From positions 10,314,567-10,378,566 of the forward strand of contig CM120644.1 in assembly GCA_051362555.1 (NCBI GenBank): a DNA stretch of 64,000 bases, read 5' to 3'. Source of the DNA: Lingula anatina (taxonomy: Eukaryota > Animalia > Brachiopoda). The notes under the pieces were generated by a model. The model ran no database searches and was not told the origin of the DNA. It worked only from the letters and a program-made list of their open reading frames with translations. The position numbers and the translations under genes were made by a program. Below, piece by piece: positions 63,896 to 64,000 of this stretch (positions are counted from its first letter, which is position 1; every line of letters begins with the position of its first letter).

Positions 63896-64000
63896 AGGAC
63901 ACTTGCAATATTAATCACAGAATACGTGCTGACCTCAGACAATTTACTGTATGACCTAGAAGGAACGTCTGGCAGTTTAAAATTCCAGGTAGCAGCAAGA

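Overview
Eukaryotic, AT-rich invertebrate-type genomic DNA with spliced genes, microsatellites and many TE remnants; there are no prokaryotic features. Two main things are present, both on the minus strand. (1) 1-19244: the 5' part of a giant secreted calcium-binding EGF (cbEGF) protein. It has a signal-peptide exon (19205-19244), an atypical EGF exon (15151-15351) and one exon of at least 14.7 kb. That exon holds an EGF split by a furin-site insertion, followed by ~115 virtually identical 123-bp/41-aa cbEGF repeats that run off the left edge. (2) ~23.7-64 kb: a tandem birth-and-death array of sarcoplasmic calcium-binding protein (SCP)/aequorin-superfamily EF-hand genes. There are 5 open copies (one with an altered C-terminus), 2 full-length pseudogenes, 1 truncated pseudogene, an orphan 5' half and several relics. 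Unlike classical cytosolic SCPs, each full copy has a separate signal-peptide exon, three invariant Cys and usually an N-glycosylation sequon, so they appear to be secreted. The array is interrupted by a Penelope element with hammerhead ribozymes, a nested Tc1/BEL-Pao insertion, a TTAA-flanked Sola3/Kolobok-like element, a THAP ORF, Tc1 remnants and MITEs. All gene models were inferred by eye from splice signals and paralog comparison; no searches were run.
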